From positions 32,252 through 96,251 of the forward strand of contig JBKJLC010000131.1 in the NCBI GenBank assembly GCA_046597055.1: DNA of 64,000 nucleotides. Direction: 5' to 3'. The stretch comes from Kofleriaceae bacterium. GTDB taxonomy: Bacteria > Myxococcota_A > Polyangia > Haliangiales > Haliangiaceae. Positions 51,563-64,000 of the stretch are shown one piece after another. Position 1 is the first letter of the stretch, and every line of letters begins with the position of its first letter. Both the position numbers and the translations under genes were made by a program. Below the pieces are notes generated by a model. That model did no database searches and was not told the origin of the DNA. It saw nothing but the letters and a program-made list of their open reading frames with translations.

Positions 51563-52876
51563 ATGCCCCGCCTCCTCCCCGCGCTCGCCCCGCTCCTCCT
51601 CTGCTCGCTCTCGTCGTGCGTCGATCGTGAGGTCACGACGCTGATCGCGTCGCCCGATTCGGTCGAGGTCAAGTCCATCCCGGCGACCACGAACCGAGAG
51701 CTCGACATCCTGTTCGTCATCGACAACTCGGGTTCGATGACGCAAGAGCACATGGCGCTGGTCCGCGACTTCCCGCGGATGCTCGCGCACCTCGCCGTGT
51801 TCGACGGCGGCCTGCCCGATATCCACATCGGGGTGGTCACGCCCGACCTCGGCACCGCGCCCTACCCGCGCGCCAACTGCGATGGTGGCGGCGGGGACGG
51901 CGGGCGCCTGCACGGCGGCGCCTGTGCCGCGCTCGGCGGCAACTCGTTCCTGTCCGACGTCCGCGATGCCAGCGGCGGCCGCGTGCGCAACTACACCGGC
52001 TCGCTCGAGGCCGCGTTCTCGTGCATGGCCAATGTCGGCACCACCGGCTGCGGCTTCGAGCAGCACCTGGCCGCGATGGAGAAGGCGCTGACGCCCACGA
52101 TCAACCCCGGGTTCATCCGGCCCGACGCGGTGCTGGCGGTCGTGATCATCGCCGACGAGGACGACTGCTCGGCGTCGAACCCGATCGTGTTCGCCCGGGC
52201 CGAACAGCTCGGCGACTGGGAGTGTCATCCGCGCGGCATCGTCTGCGACGACGACCCCGACCCGGCTGCGCCCGGGATCAAGACCAACTGCCGGCCCGAC
52301 GACAGCTCTCCGTTCATGACCCGCGTCGATCACTACGTGGAGGCGCTGACCAGGCTCAAGGGCGACCCGACCAAGATCGCGCTGGTCGGCATCATCGGCG
52401 ACCCCGACGACGTCGAGGTGGGCGTGGTCAACGGCGATCCCGCGGTGCTGGCGAAGTGTCCGACGGGTGGGCTCGGCACGTCGGAGCCGGGGCTGCGGTT
52501 CGCCGCGTTCTTCGACAAGTTTCCAGCCGCACAGGTCTCGGTCGACAGCCTGTGCACCGCCGACCTGTCGGCGGCGCTCGAGCGCGCCGGCATCGTCATC
52601 AGCGACCGGGTCGGGTTCGCCTGCCTCGATCACGCGCTCGCCGATCGCAACCCGACCCTGCCCGACGTCCAGCCCGAGTGCTCGGTCCTGCAGCGCGCCG
52701 GCACCGAGACCACCGTGCTGCCCGCATGCGCGGCCGGCGCCGCCCGCCCGTGCTGGTCGGTCGCGCCCGACCTCCAGAACTGCCGGGCTTCGGACCACCA
52801 CCAGCGCATCACGATCGAGCGTGACGTGGCGGCCCCGCCCGAGGCCACCCTCTCGATCCAGTGCGCGGTCGAGTAG
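51563..52876 (+). CDS. Cys-rich vWA-domain lipoprotein (paralog)
   Basis: LSSC lipobox; DILFVIDNSGSM; GCGFEQ; IADEDDCS. Confidence 0.85.
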   Translation: MPRLLPALAPLLLCSLSSCVDREVTTLIASPDSVEVKSIPATTNRELDILFVIDNSGSMTQEHMALVRDFPRMLAHLAVFDGGLPDIHIGVVTPDLGTAPYPRANCDGGGGDGGRLHGGACAALGGNSFLSDVRDASGGRVRNYTGSLEAAFSCMANVGTTGCGFEQHLAAMEKALTPTINPGFIRPDAVLAVVIIADEDDCSASNPIVFARAEQLGDWECHPRGIVCDDDPDPAAPGIKTNCRPDDSSPFMTRVDHYVEALTRLKGDPTKIALVGIIGDPDDVEVGVVNGDPAVLAKCPTGGLGTSEPGLRFAAFFDKFPAAQVSVDSLCTADLSAALERAGIVISDRVGFACLDHALADRNPTLPDVQPECSVLQRAGTETTVLPACAAGAARPCWSVAPDLQNCRASDHHQRITIERDVAAPPEATLSIQCAVE

Positions 52877-52927
52877 TCGGGGAGTAGTCGCTGGAAACCG
52901 GGGCGGGATCCGCGCTAGCTTCCCGTC

Positions 52928-54064
<1,137 letters not shown>

Positions 54065-54100
54065 CCGCCGGGCCGGCGGGCGCGGCCGGGAATGCGCCCG

Positions 54101-54892
54101 CTACTTGAGGCGGGCGATCATCTCGTCGCGCGAGACCAGACCCTTCTCGATCATCAGGCCCATGAGCTTCTTGATGACGTCCTCGTCGCGGCGGACCAGC
54201 GCCTCGAGGCTGGCGACGCGCTCCTGCAGGGCGGCGAGGGCCGCGAAGCTGGGCGGCACCGACGCTGCGGCCGGGGGCTCGAACGGCGGCGGCAGGGTGG
54301 TGCCGGTGGCGTAGGCCGGCGGGCGGGTCTGGCTCGGGCCACGCGTGGTGCGGGCGTCGAGCTCGTAGCCGCCGGTGACCTCCATGCGCTCGCCCGGCGC
54401 CGCGCCGCTCATGGCGACGCTGTCGCGGGTGCGGCGATTCGCGGTGCCCCGGGCGGTGGCGACCCCGCGGCCGTAGTAGCGAGCGACCGCGCGCTCGATC
54501 GCCTTGGGTCCCGCCAGATACGGGCGAAGGTTGAGCTTGGTCTTGACCCGCAGCTCGTCGATGATCCCATCGTTGGTGGGGTCGCTCATGGCGAGGTCGA
54601 GGAACTTCATCGGCTGCGCGAACGGCACCAGGCCGTGGGCCTCGGCCATCTCGCCGGGGACCAGATCGAGCACGCTCTGCGGGATCTCGAGGTGGTCGAG
54701 ATCGATCGTCGGGACCGCCAGCTGCTTGGACAGGGCGGCGACCAGGTCCTCCTCGAGCACCAGCTTGAGATCGACCAGCACCCGCCCGAGCGGGCCACCG
54801 TAGCGACGCTGCTCGGTCAACGCCTGACGCAGGTGGGCCTCGTCGATCAGGGCGGCCTCGATCAGGATCTCTCCGAGACGTTTGCGGGCCAT
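54101..54892 (-). CDS. Stand-alone MshEN (GspE N-terminal) domain protein
   Basis: [12 protein letters not shown]...LRQAL.EQ / LGRVLV...L...LSKQ; LAMSDP; no ATPase domain. Confidence 0.88.
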   Translation of the reverse strand: MARKRLGEILIEAALIDEAHLRQALTEQRRYGGPLGRVLVDLKLVLEEDLVAALSKQLAVPTIDLDHLEIPQSVLDLVPGEMAEAHGLVPFAQPMKFLDLAMSDPTNDGIIDELRVKTKLNLRPYLAGPKAIERAVARYYGRGVATARGTANRRTRDSVAMSGAAPGERMEVTGGYELDARTTRGPSQTRPPAYATGTTLPPPFEPPAAASVPPSFAALAALQERVASLEALVRRDEDVIKKLMGLMIEKGLVSRDEMIARLK

Positions 54893-54923
54893 GGGGACTT
54901 TCAGGTGCGGACCGGGGAAGTGC

Positions 54924-56828
54924 CTAGGGCGTCACCAGGGTCGCGGCTCCGGTGCGCGCGAGAGTACCGAGGAACTGGGCCGATTGCCGCTGCGCGGCCG
55001 GCACGTCGAACACCACGAAGTGACCGTCGCCGCGGGACGCCTCGTACTGCACGACCACCGCGGTCGTGCCGTCGAGGTTGTTGCTGACCGGGGCCGCGAC
55101 CGCGGTCCGACCCCGCAGCGTCAGCCCCTCGATCGACTCGATCGACGGCTGCACGTGATCGCCGCCGATCGACACCGCCAGCGCTGCGATCGACGGCAGC
55201 GGCGTGAAGTGATCGACGAAGCCCATGCTCTGGTAGATCGGCCGCGCGGTCAGCCCCGCCGGCGGCTCGCGCACCAGCAGCGGGCCGTAGTTGACCGCGT
55301 CGGCGCGCTCGATCCACATCTGCAGGAGCGACAGCACCGGGTTGAACTCGTCGAGCGGGGTGTCGATGATCACCGCGTGGACCAGGCTCGAGATGTCGAC
55401 CGGCTCGGTCTTGTTGAGCAGCGCGTAGATGAGGAGACCGCCGGCACCCGACAGCACCGAGCCCTTCACCTGCGGCTCGTAGGCGACGAACGGAGGCCCG
55501 GTCAGCCCGCCCTGCGAGTGGCCAAAGAAGTAGATCTTGGTGGGATCGAAGCGGATCGTGCGCGCGGGCAGGTCGCCGCTGGCCGGCTCGACCCGCTCGA
55601 AGGTCTCGACCAGGCGCACCACCGAGAAGTCATCGGCGGCGCCCTGGATCGGGTTGTCGCGCACCGACAGCGGGTTCTGGTAGTTGAAGAAGTTCACCTC
55701 GGGATCGCCGCCCGGGTTGCGCGGCCCGTGCAGCACCTGATCGATCGAGATCACCGCGATGCCCTCGGCGGCGAGCCGGGTGGCGGTGCCGTCGGTGACG
55801 AACGAGTGAAAGTCGCCGCCGGTCCCGTGGGCGTAGATCGCGACCGGCCAGCCAGCGACCGGGGCCGTGGTCGGCGGGACCGTGATCGAGAATCGCAGCG
55901 ACTCGGTGCGCTGCACCGCCGGCAGGCCATCCGGCCCGTCGACGATGTGGCCACCGTCGGCCGGTGACAGGTAGGGCACGGTGCCGGTCTGGAAGTTGGG
56001 CGCGTCGAAGACCCCGTCGAACCAGAGGTAGGGATCGCCGCTCTCCACCCGCACCACGTCGCGCGCGACCGGGGCCGGCAGCGACCGCACCCGCGCGCGC
56101 AGCCCGGCCATGATGCCGGTGACCGACTGGGTCGTGAACACCGCGGCCGACACCAGGTCGCTGCGCTCGTCGTCGCCGGGCTCGTCGAGCCAGTCGAGCA
56201 GCGGCTGGTAGCGACCGCGCGCGCGGATCAGGTCGGGGTCGATCGGCGCGGCCTGGTCGAGGATCGCGGTGAAGTCGGCGGCGGGCGCGACGTCGAGCGC
56301 GCCCGTGTTGATGCGGCGGGTGACGACCAGCGCGTAGGTGGTGCGCTGGCGCAGCGGAAAGCCGGGATACGGCAGCGCGGCCAGCCAGTTGTCGCCGATG
56401 GTCCACCCCGGGTAGCTCTGGAACCGGAGCTGGATCGGGTGGCGCTGGCCCCGGCTCGGCGAGCCGGGCTGGATGTCGACCAGGTAGACGCTGGCGTCGG
56501 TCGCGAGCGATGCCGGCGCGTCGGCGGGCAGGTTGGCGTCGGTGAGCGGGACCGAGAACCGCGCGAAGATCGCGTTGTTGGTGCCGAACCCGTCGAGGGT
56601 CGCGCAGGCGTCGACGTAGAGCGCGACCAGGCTGGCCCGCCGCGGGTAGTCGTCGAGCATCGGGTGCCCGGCGTCGTCACGGCGGATGTCGTTGGGGAAC
56701 GGCAGCGCGTAGAAGTCCGCGGTCGGGGTCTGGCCGCGGGGTACCTCGAACAGCGCGGTGCCGTGGACCGTGTCGCACGCCGCTCCCGCGAGCAGGATCG
56801 AGACGCAGATCAGCGTGCCAGGACGCAT
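54924..56828 (-). CDS. Secreted alpha/beta-hydrolase lipoprotein
   Basis: Lipobox AAC; PFPND; AHGTGG; GHSQG nucleophile elbow. Confidence 0.85.
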   Translation of the reverse strand: MRPGTLICVSILLAGAACDTVHGTALFEVPRGQTPTADFYALPFPNDIRRDDAGHPMLDDYPRRASLVALYVDACATLDGFGTNNAIFARFSVPLTDANLPADAPASLATDASVYLVDIQPGSPSRGQRHPIQLRFQSYPGWTIGDNWLAALPYPGFPLRQRTTYALVVTRRINTGALDVAPAADFTAILDQAAPIDPDLIRARGRYQPLLDWLDEPGDDERSDLVSAAVFTTQSVTGIMAGLRARVRSLPAPVARDVVRVESGDPYLWFDGVFDAPNFQTGTVPYLSPADGGHIVDGPDGLPAVQRTESLRFSITVPPTTAPVAGWPVAIYAHGTGGDFHSFVTDGTATRLAAEGIAVISIDQVLHGPRNPGGDPEVNFFNYQNPLSVRDNPIQGAADDFSVVRLVETFERVEPASGDLPARTIRFDPTKIYFFGHSQGGLTGPPFVAYEPQVKGSVLSGAGGLLIYALLNKTEPVDISSLVHAVIIDTPLDEFNPVLSLLQMWIERADAVNYGPLLVREPPAGLTARPIYQSMGFVDHFTPLPSIAALAVSIGGDHVQPSIESIEGLTLRGRTAVAAPVSNNLDGTTAVVVQYEASRGDGHFVVFDVPAAQRQSAQFLGTLARTGAATLVTP

Positions 56829-56939
56829 GCCGGAACCCCCATTCCCCGCGAGCGTACGCGAGGGCGCGCGTGAATGGGAAAGAGATCCCCGGGGGCCCCG
56901 GCGCCGCCGGTCACGGCGCGGTGCGGCACCGGGCAGCCG

Positions 56940-57449
56940 CTAGGCTTCGTCGACCTCGGCCGTGAAGCGCTTCATCAGTCCGTCGATCATCAGGTTGCGA
57001 TCGGCGACGCCATACTTGCCGTCGCGCCAGCCGTCCTGGGTCTCCTGGTACTTCGTGCTCACGTCGGCGATCACGACCTTGTAGCGCGACACCTTGCGCA
57101 GGATGTCCTTCTGGTTGCGGATGAAATACGCCACCATCGAGGCCCCGGCCGCGACCGTCAGCACCAGACCGAGCGGCCCACCGACGGCGTAGCGCAGGCC
57201 GATCCGCAGCGCGAGCATCGCGGCTGCGCCGATCGCGACCTTCTTGGTGCCGGTGCCGTCGATCACCGAGTCCTTGGCCAGCGCGAACGCGGTCTGCCCG
57301 CTCGCGATGAGCAGCGCGATGAAGTTGCCGCGCCGGGTGGTCCACCCGCGGTCGTAGTACTCCTTGATGCCCTGCTTCAGGAACGAGTCGAAATCGGCAT
57401 AGATGCCGCCGTCGATCCCGACCTCTGCCGGGGCTTTGCCCTCTGCCAT
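56940..57449 (-). CDS. Hypothetical membrane protein
   Basis: 169 aa with hydrophobic middle; extended -10 TGcTATCAT just upstream. Confidence 0.75.
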   Translation of the reverse strand: MAEGKAPAEVGIDGGIYADFDSFLKQGIKEYYDRGWTTRRGNFIALLIASGQTAFALAKDSVIDGTGTKKVAIGAAAMLALRIGLRYAVGGPLGLVLTVAAGASMVAYFIRNQKDILRKVSRYKVVIADVSTKYQETQDGWRDGKYGVADRNLMIDGLMKRFTAEVDEA

Positions 57450-57527
57450 CTCCTGATGATAGCACCCGCTCGGCGGCCGCCGAGTCCTCGCGTTGACTTG
57501 CACCACACCGTCGCTCACGATTCGGGG

Positions 57528-60309
<2,782 letters not shown>

Positions 60310-60317
<8 letters not shown>

Positions 60318-61248
60318 CGCGGCGCCGCGGCCGCCCGCGGTCGCGACCGACGGTGCGCAGCTCGCCGAGCGTGCGGCGCACCGCCTCGATCACGAGCTGG
60401 CCGGGCGCGCGGCCGAGCGCGCTGCCGTGGCGCGCCGCGAACACCTCGATCGGCGGCAGCACCAGCACCGGCAGCCGGCGCAGCTCGCCGGTCGTCACGT
60501 GCGGGGCCGCGGTCACGTCGGGCAGCACCGTGACCAGCGCGCCCGACAGTGCGACCACCAGGTTGGAGCGGAGCAGCGTGATGCGCATCCCGACCGTGCG
60601 CGGCACGTGCGACGGCCAGCCGTCCTGGACCCGGCCCGAGTCGCCGATGCGCGGGACCGAGAACGGATGGGCCTGCACGGCGGCGAGCGTGACCTTGCGG
60701 GCCGCGAACAGCGGGTGGCCGCGGCCGCAGTAGATCGACGCGGTGAGCTGACCGATGCGCTCGACCACCAACTCCTCGCGGGTGACCTCCTCATAATAAA
60801 AGGCGACGTCGAGCAGGCCGCGCACGAGCAGCGTGGTCGCCTCGGCCGGCCCCAAGTTGGCGTGCTCGGGCACCAGCGCCGCGTGGGCGCGCTTGAGGTC
60901 GAGCAGCGCCGGCACCACGACGTGCTCGGTCAGGACGCCGATCGAGGCGACGCGGAGCGGGCCGAGGAAGGGATCGCCCAGGCTCTCGGACAGGCCGGCG
61001 TCGACCGCGCGGGTCGCGGCGCGGACCGCGTCGCGCAGGGCGGCGCCGCTGGTGTTGAGCACCAGCGTCTTGCCGACCCGGTTGAACACCGGCGCGCCCA
61101 GCGCGTCCTCGAGCAGCCGCAGCGTGCGCGAGACCGCCGCCGGCGTGAGGGCGAGCCGGCGGGCCGCCGCGACCACCGAGCCGGCCTCCGCCACCTCGAG
61201 GAATGCCGGCAGCCAGTTCCACAGGTTCCGGCGCAGGTTGGTGAGCAT
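60310..61248 (-). CDS. LysR-family transcriptional regulator
   Basis: AFLEVAEAGSVVAAARRL.LTPAAVSR.LR.LE..LG..VFNR. Confidence 0.93.
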
Positions 61249-61320
61249 CAAGATTTCCTTGCGAGTCGACGCAGGAAGTATCGCTTTTCTGTGCGCGGGT
61301 CGCGCGGGTACGGTGGCGGC

Positions 61321-62025
61321 ATGTCGCTGCTGCATCGTCGCGAGCTGTTGCGCTGGATCGGCCGGGCCTCGGCCGGCGTGGTCGCGGTCCGGGTCGGGGC
61401 CGCCTGCGGCCATGGCAGCACGGTGGCCGGGCCCCTCGACGCCGCGGCCCTCGACGCCGCGGCCCTCGACGCCGCCGCTCTCGACGATGCCGGCGAGGCG
61501 TGCCGGGTCAGCACCGGTGACGTGCTGGGGCCGTATCACCGGCCGGGCGCGCCCTCGCGCATGGCGATCGCCTCGGCGACCGAGCCCGGCGAGCGGCTGC
61601 GGCTCGACGGCGTGGTGCTCGCCGACGACTGCACGACGGTGCTCGCCGGCGCCGGCCTCGACGTGTGGCAGGCCGACGCCGCCGGCGGCTACCACGAGCC
61701 GGCCGCGGCCGGCAGCGAGCCCTACCGGCTGCGCGGCAAGCTGGCCGCCGCCGCCGACGGCACCTGGGCGCTCGACACCATCCGTCCCGGCAACTACCGC
61801 CTCGACGCCAGCTCGTGGCGCCCGGCCCACGTGCACGTCACCGTCACCCATCCCGGCTACCGGCCGCTGACGACCCAGCTCTACTTCGCGGGCGACCGCT
61901 ACCTGCCGCCGAACGACGGCTGCACCACCTGCGGCTCCGACGACCCGGCGCGCATCCTCCCGCTGGTCCCCGGGTTCGCCGGCGGCTGGCGCGGCGAGTG
62001 GCGGGTGATCCTGCAGCGGGCGTGA
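61321..62025 (+). CDS. Tat-exported intradiol ring-cleavage dioxygenase-like protein
   Basis: HRRELL Tat motif; GPYH; DVWQADAAG.Y; LRG; TIRPG.Y; RPAHVH; TTQLYF; LDAAA repeats. Confidence 0.88.
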   Translation: MSLLHRRELLRWIGRASAGVVAVRVGAACGHGSTVAGPLDAAALDAAALDAAALDDAGEACRVSTGDVLGPYHRPGAPSRMAIASATEPGERLRLDGVVLADDCTTVLAGAGLDVWQADAAGGYHEPAAAGSEPYRLRGKLAAAADGTWALDTIRPGNYRLDASSWRPAHVHVTVTHPGYRPLTTQLYFAGDRYLPPNDGCTTCGSDDPARILPLVPGFAGGWRGEWRVILQRA

Positions 62026-62085
62026 ACCGTCGGCGCGGCGCGTTTGGTCCGACCAGCCGTGCCCGGGCAGTGCTATCTCTCGAAG

Positions 62086-63363
62086 ATGGCGCTTCCCCGC
62101 GAGGTCGATGTCGCGATCGTCGGGGCCGGGACCGCCGGGGCCGCCGCCGCCGGCTACTTCGCGCGGCAGGGTGCCCGGGTGGTGTGTCTCGAGCGCCGCC
62201 CGCTCGACCGCGCCGGCGCCCGCTGGGTCAATGGGGTCACCCGCACCGCCATGGCCGAGGCCGGGATCGACCTGCCCCGCTCGGCCATGATGGGCGACCC
62301 GCATCCGTTCTGGATCGCGACCCGCGGCGGCCGGCTGCTGATCACCGACCACGACGTGATCGACGTCGACATGCGCGCGCTGGTCGCCCTGCTCCAGGAG
62401 GTCGCGCAGCAGGCCGGGGCCGCGCTTCACGGCGGCGTGGCGGTCCGCGGGCGCGACGGCCACGCGCTGATCACCGACCGCGGCCGGGTGCGCGCGCGCT
62501 GGATCGTCGACGCGTCGGGGCTGGCCGGCGCCCGGCTCCTCGATCAGCCGGCGGTCGCCGCCGAGCACCTGTGCGCGGCGGCGCAGGAGGTCCGCGAGGT
62601 CCGCGACCGCGCGGCGGCGCTCGCGTACTGCGCCGAGGTCGGGGTCGCGCCCGGCGACGTGCTGGCTCGGGTCGGCCTGGCCGGTGGCTTCTCGGTGCTC
62701 AATGTCCGGGTCTCGGACGACGGCGAGCGGGTGAGCATCCTGACCGGCTCGATCCCGGCGCTCGGCTTCCCGTCGGGCAAGGCGATCCTCGACGAGTTCG
62801 TGCGCGGCCACCCATGGATCGGCCGCCGCCTGTTCGGCGGGGCCGGCCCGATCCCGCTGCGCCGCCCCTACGACCGGCTGTCGGGCGAGGGGGTCGCGCT
62901 GCTCGGCGACGCCGGCTGCCAGGTGTTCCCGGCCCACGGCTCGGGCATCGGCGCCGGCATCCTCGCCGCCAAGCTGCTGGCGGCCACCCTCGCCGCCGGC
63001 GGCACGCTGCGCGACTACGAGGTCGCGTGGCACCGCCGGTTCGGCGGCCTGTTCGCCGCCTACGACGCCGTGCGCCGCTGGAACTCGGAGCTCGACGACG
63101 AGACCCTCGGCGTGATCATGGAGCTCGGCCTGCTCGACGGCGCGACCGCGCGCGCCGCGCTCGACCAGACCATGCCGCCGCTGTCGCTGGCGTCGCTGCC
63201 GCCCAAGGCGCGCGCCCTGCGCCACCGCCCCGCGCTGGTGCCGGGCCTGGCCAAGGTCGCCGCGCGGATCGGCGCGGCCCACCTGCTGTCGGCGGTCTAC
63301 CCGCGCAGCCTGCGGGCGCTCGGCGCGTGGAGCCGCGGCATGGCGCGCGTGCTCGCGGTCTGA
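62086..63363 (+). CDS. FAD-dependent oxidoreductase (geranylgeranyl-reductase-like)
   Basis: VGAGTAG; VDASG; LGDAGCQVFP.HGSGI. Confidence 0.85.
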   Translation: MALPREVDVAIVGAGTAGAAAAGYFARQGARVVCLERRPLDRAGARWVNGVTRTAMAEAGIDLPRSAMMGDPHPFWIATRGGRLLITDHDVIDVDMRALVALLQEVAQQAGAALHGGVAVRGRDGHALITDRGRVRARWIVDASGLAGARLLDQPAVAAEHLCAAAQEVREVRDRAAALAYCAEVGVAPGDVLARVGLAGGFSVLNVRVSDDGERVSILTGSIPALGFPSGKAILDEFVRGHPWIGRRLFGGAGPIPLRRPYDRLSGEGVALLGDAGCQVFPAHGSGIGAGILAAKLLAATLAAGGTLRDYEVAWHRRFGGLFAAYDAVRRWNSELDDETLGVIMELGLLDGATARAALDQTMPPLSLASLPPKARALRHRPALVPGLAKVAARIGAAHLLSAVYPRSLRALGAWSRGMARVLAV

Positions 63364-63433
63364 TCGACTTCCGCCCGGTCGGGTCGCCGAACGCGCGGCG
63401 CGGTGGGGACGCCTCCGCTACCATCAACCGTCC

Positions 63434-64000
63434 ATGCGCGAGCTCACCTATTACGTCGCCTGCTCCGCCGACCGCTTCATCGCCCGCGACGACGGCTCGG
63501 TCGACTACATCCTGGCCCACGGTCCCCACCTCGACGACCTCGTCGAGATCTATCCCGAGACGATCCCGGCCCAGGTTCGGACCGCGCTCGGGCTGCCCCC
63601 GGCGGTGAACCGCTGGTTCGGCGCCGTCCTCATGGGCCGCAAGACCTACGAGGTTGGCGCGCGGGTCGGGATCACCAACCCATACCCGACGATGAAGCAG
63701 TACCTCTTCTCGCGATCCCTGGGCACCTCGCCCGATCCCGCGGTCGAGCTCGTCTCCGGCGATCCGCTCGCCTTCGTGCGTGCGCTGAAGCACCAGCCCG
63801 GGCTCGGCATCTGGCTGTGCGGCGGTGCCGCGCTCGCGGCCGACCTCCTCCCCGCCATCGACGAGCTGGTCCTGAAGGTGAACCCGGTCGTGATCGGCGC
63901 CGGCATCCCGCTCTTCGCGCACGCCATCCCGACCACGCCGCTGACCCTGGTCGACACCAAGATCTACCCGAGCGGCTTCATGCTCCTGCGCTACCGCGTC
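63434..64000 (+). CDS. Dihydrofolate reductase/RibD C-terminal family protein (runs off the window)
   Basis: MRELTYYVACSADRFIA...VLMGRKTYEVG...IWLCGG..LA...IDEL.LKVNPVVIG.GIPLF; absent from the ORF track because there is no stop. Confidence 0.9.
   Translation, partial: MRELTYYVACSADRFIARDDGSVDYILAHGPHLDDLVEIYPETIPAQVRTALGLPPAVNRWFGAVLMGRKTYEVGARVGITNPYPTMKQYLFSRSLGTSPDPAVELVSGDPLAFVRALKHQPGLGIWLCGGAALAADLLPAIDELVLKVNPVVIGAGIPLFAHAIPTTPLTLVDTKIYPSGFMLLRYRV

Overview
GC-rich DNA with Myxococcota-type genes; Haliangium/Kofleriaceae-like is my impression, not tested. 1-17.0 kb is a heavy-metal and sulfur resistance cluster. It has three CzcA/CusA-type RND pumps (one partial), a His-tailed DMT transporter, remnants of a DUF3703 gene and a P1B-ATPase, an ArsR-rhodanese/MBL/MFS operon and a TlpA. 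17-31 kb holds accessory genes (M16 peptidase, L,D-transpeptidase, Ser/Thr kinase with PEGA/TPR partner, lamin-tail lipoprotein, LuxR) around a tRNA-Gly(CCC). 31.4-49.7 kb is the myxobacterial pilus/polarity cluster: PilR2-like EBP, pilMNOPQ, aroKB, lipoprotein, mglC, aroQ, accB, accC, sgmX. 50-64 kb has two paralogous vWA lipoproteins and assorted genes. Top candidate system: both complete RND operons begin with a small ORF that appears leaderless. Each ORF has a signal peptide, a Cys/His site and a C-terminal RPP motif, and its 3' coding sequence is complementary to the Shine-Dalgarno of the next gene. This suggests a metal-linked ribosome-arrest attenuator. Also notable are a PilQ with a ~740-aa coiled-coil insertion, a repeated C-x-E-H...CxxC metal domain, sigma-54 promoters with tandem enhancer palindromes, and many apparently leaderless genes. 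All calls come from reading motifs by eye; no database search was run.
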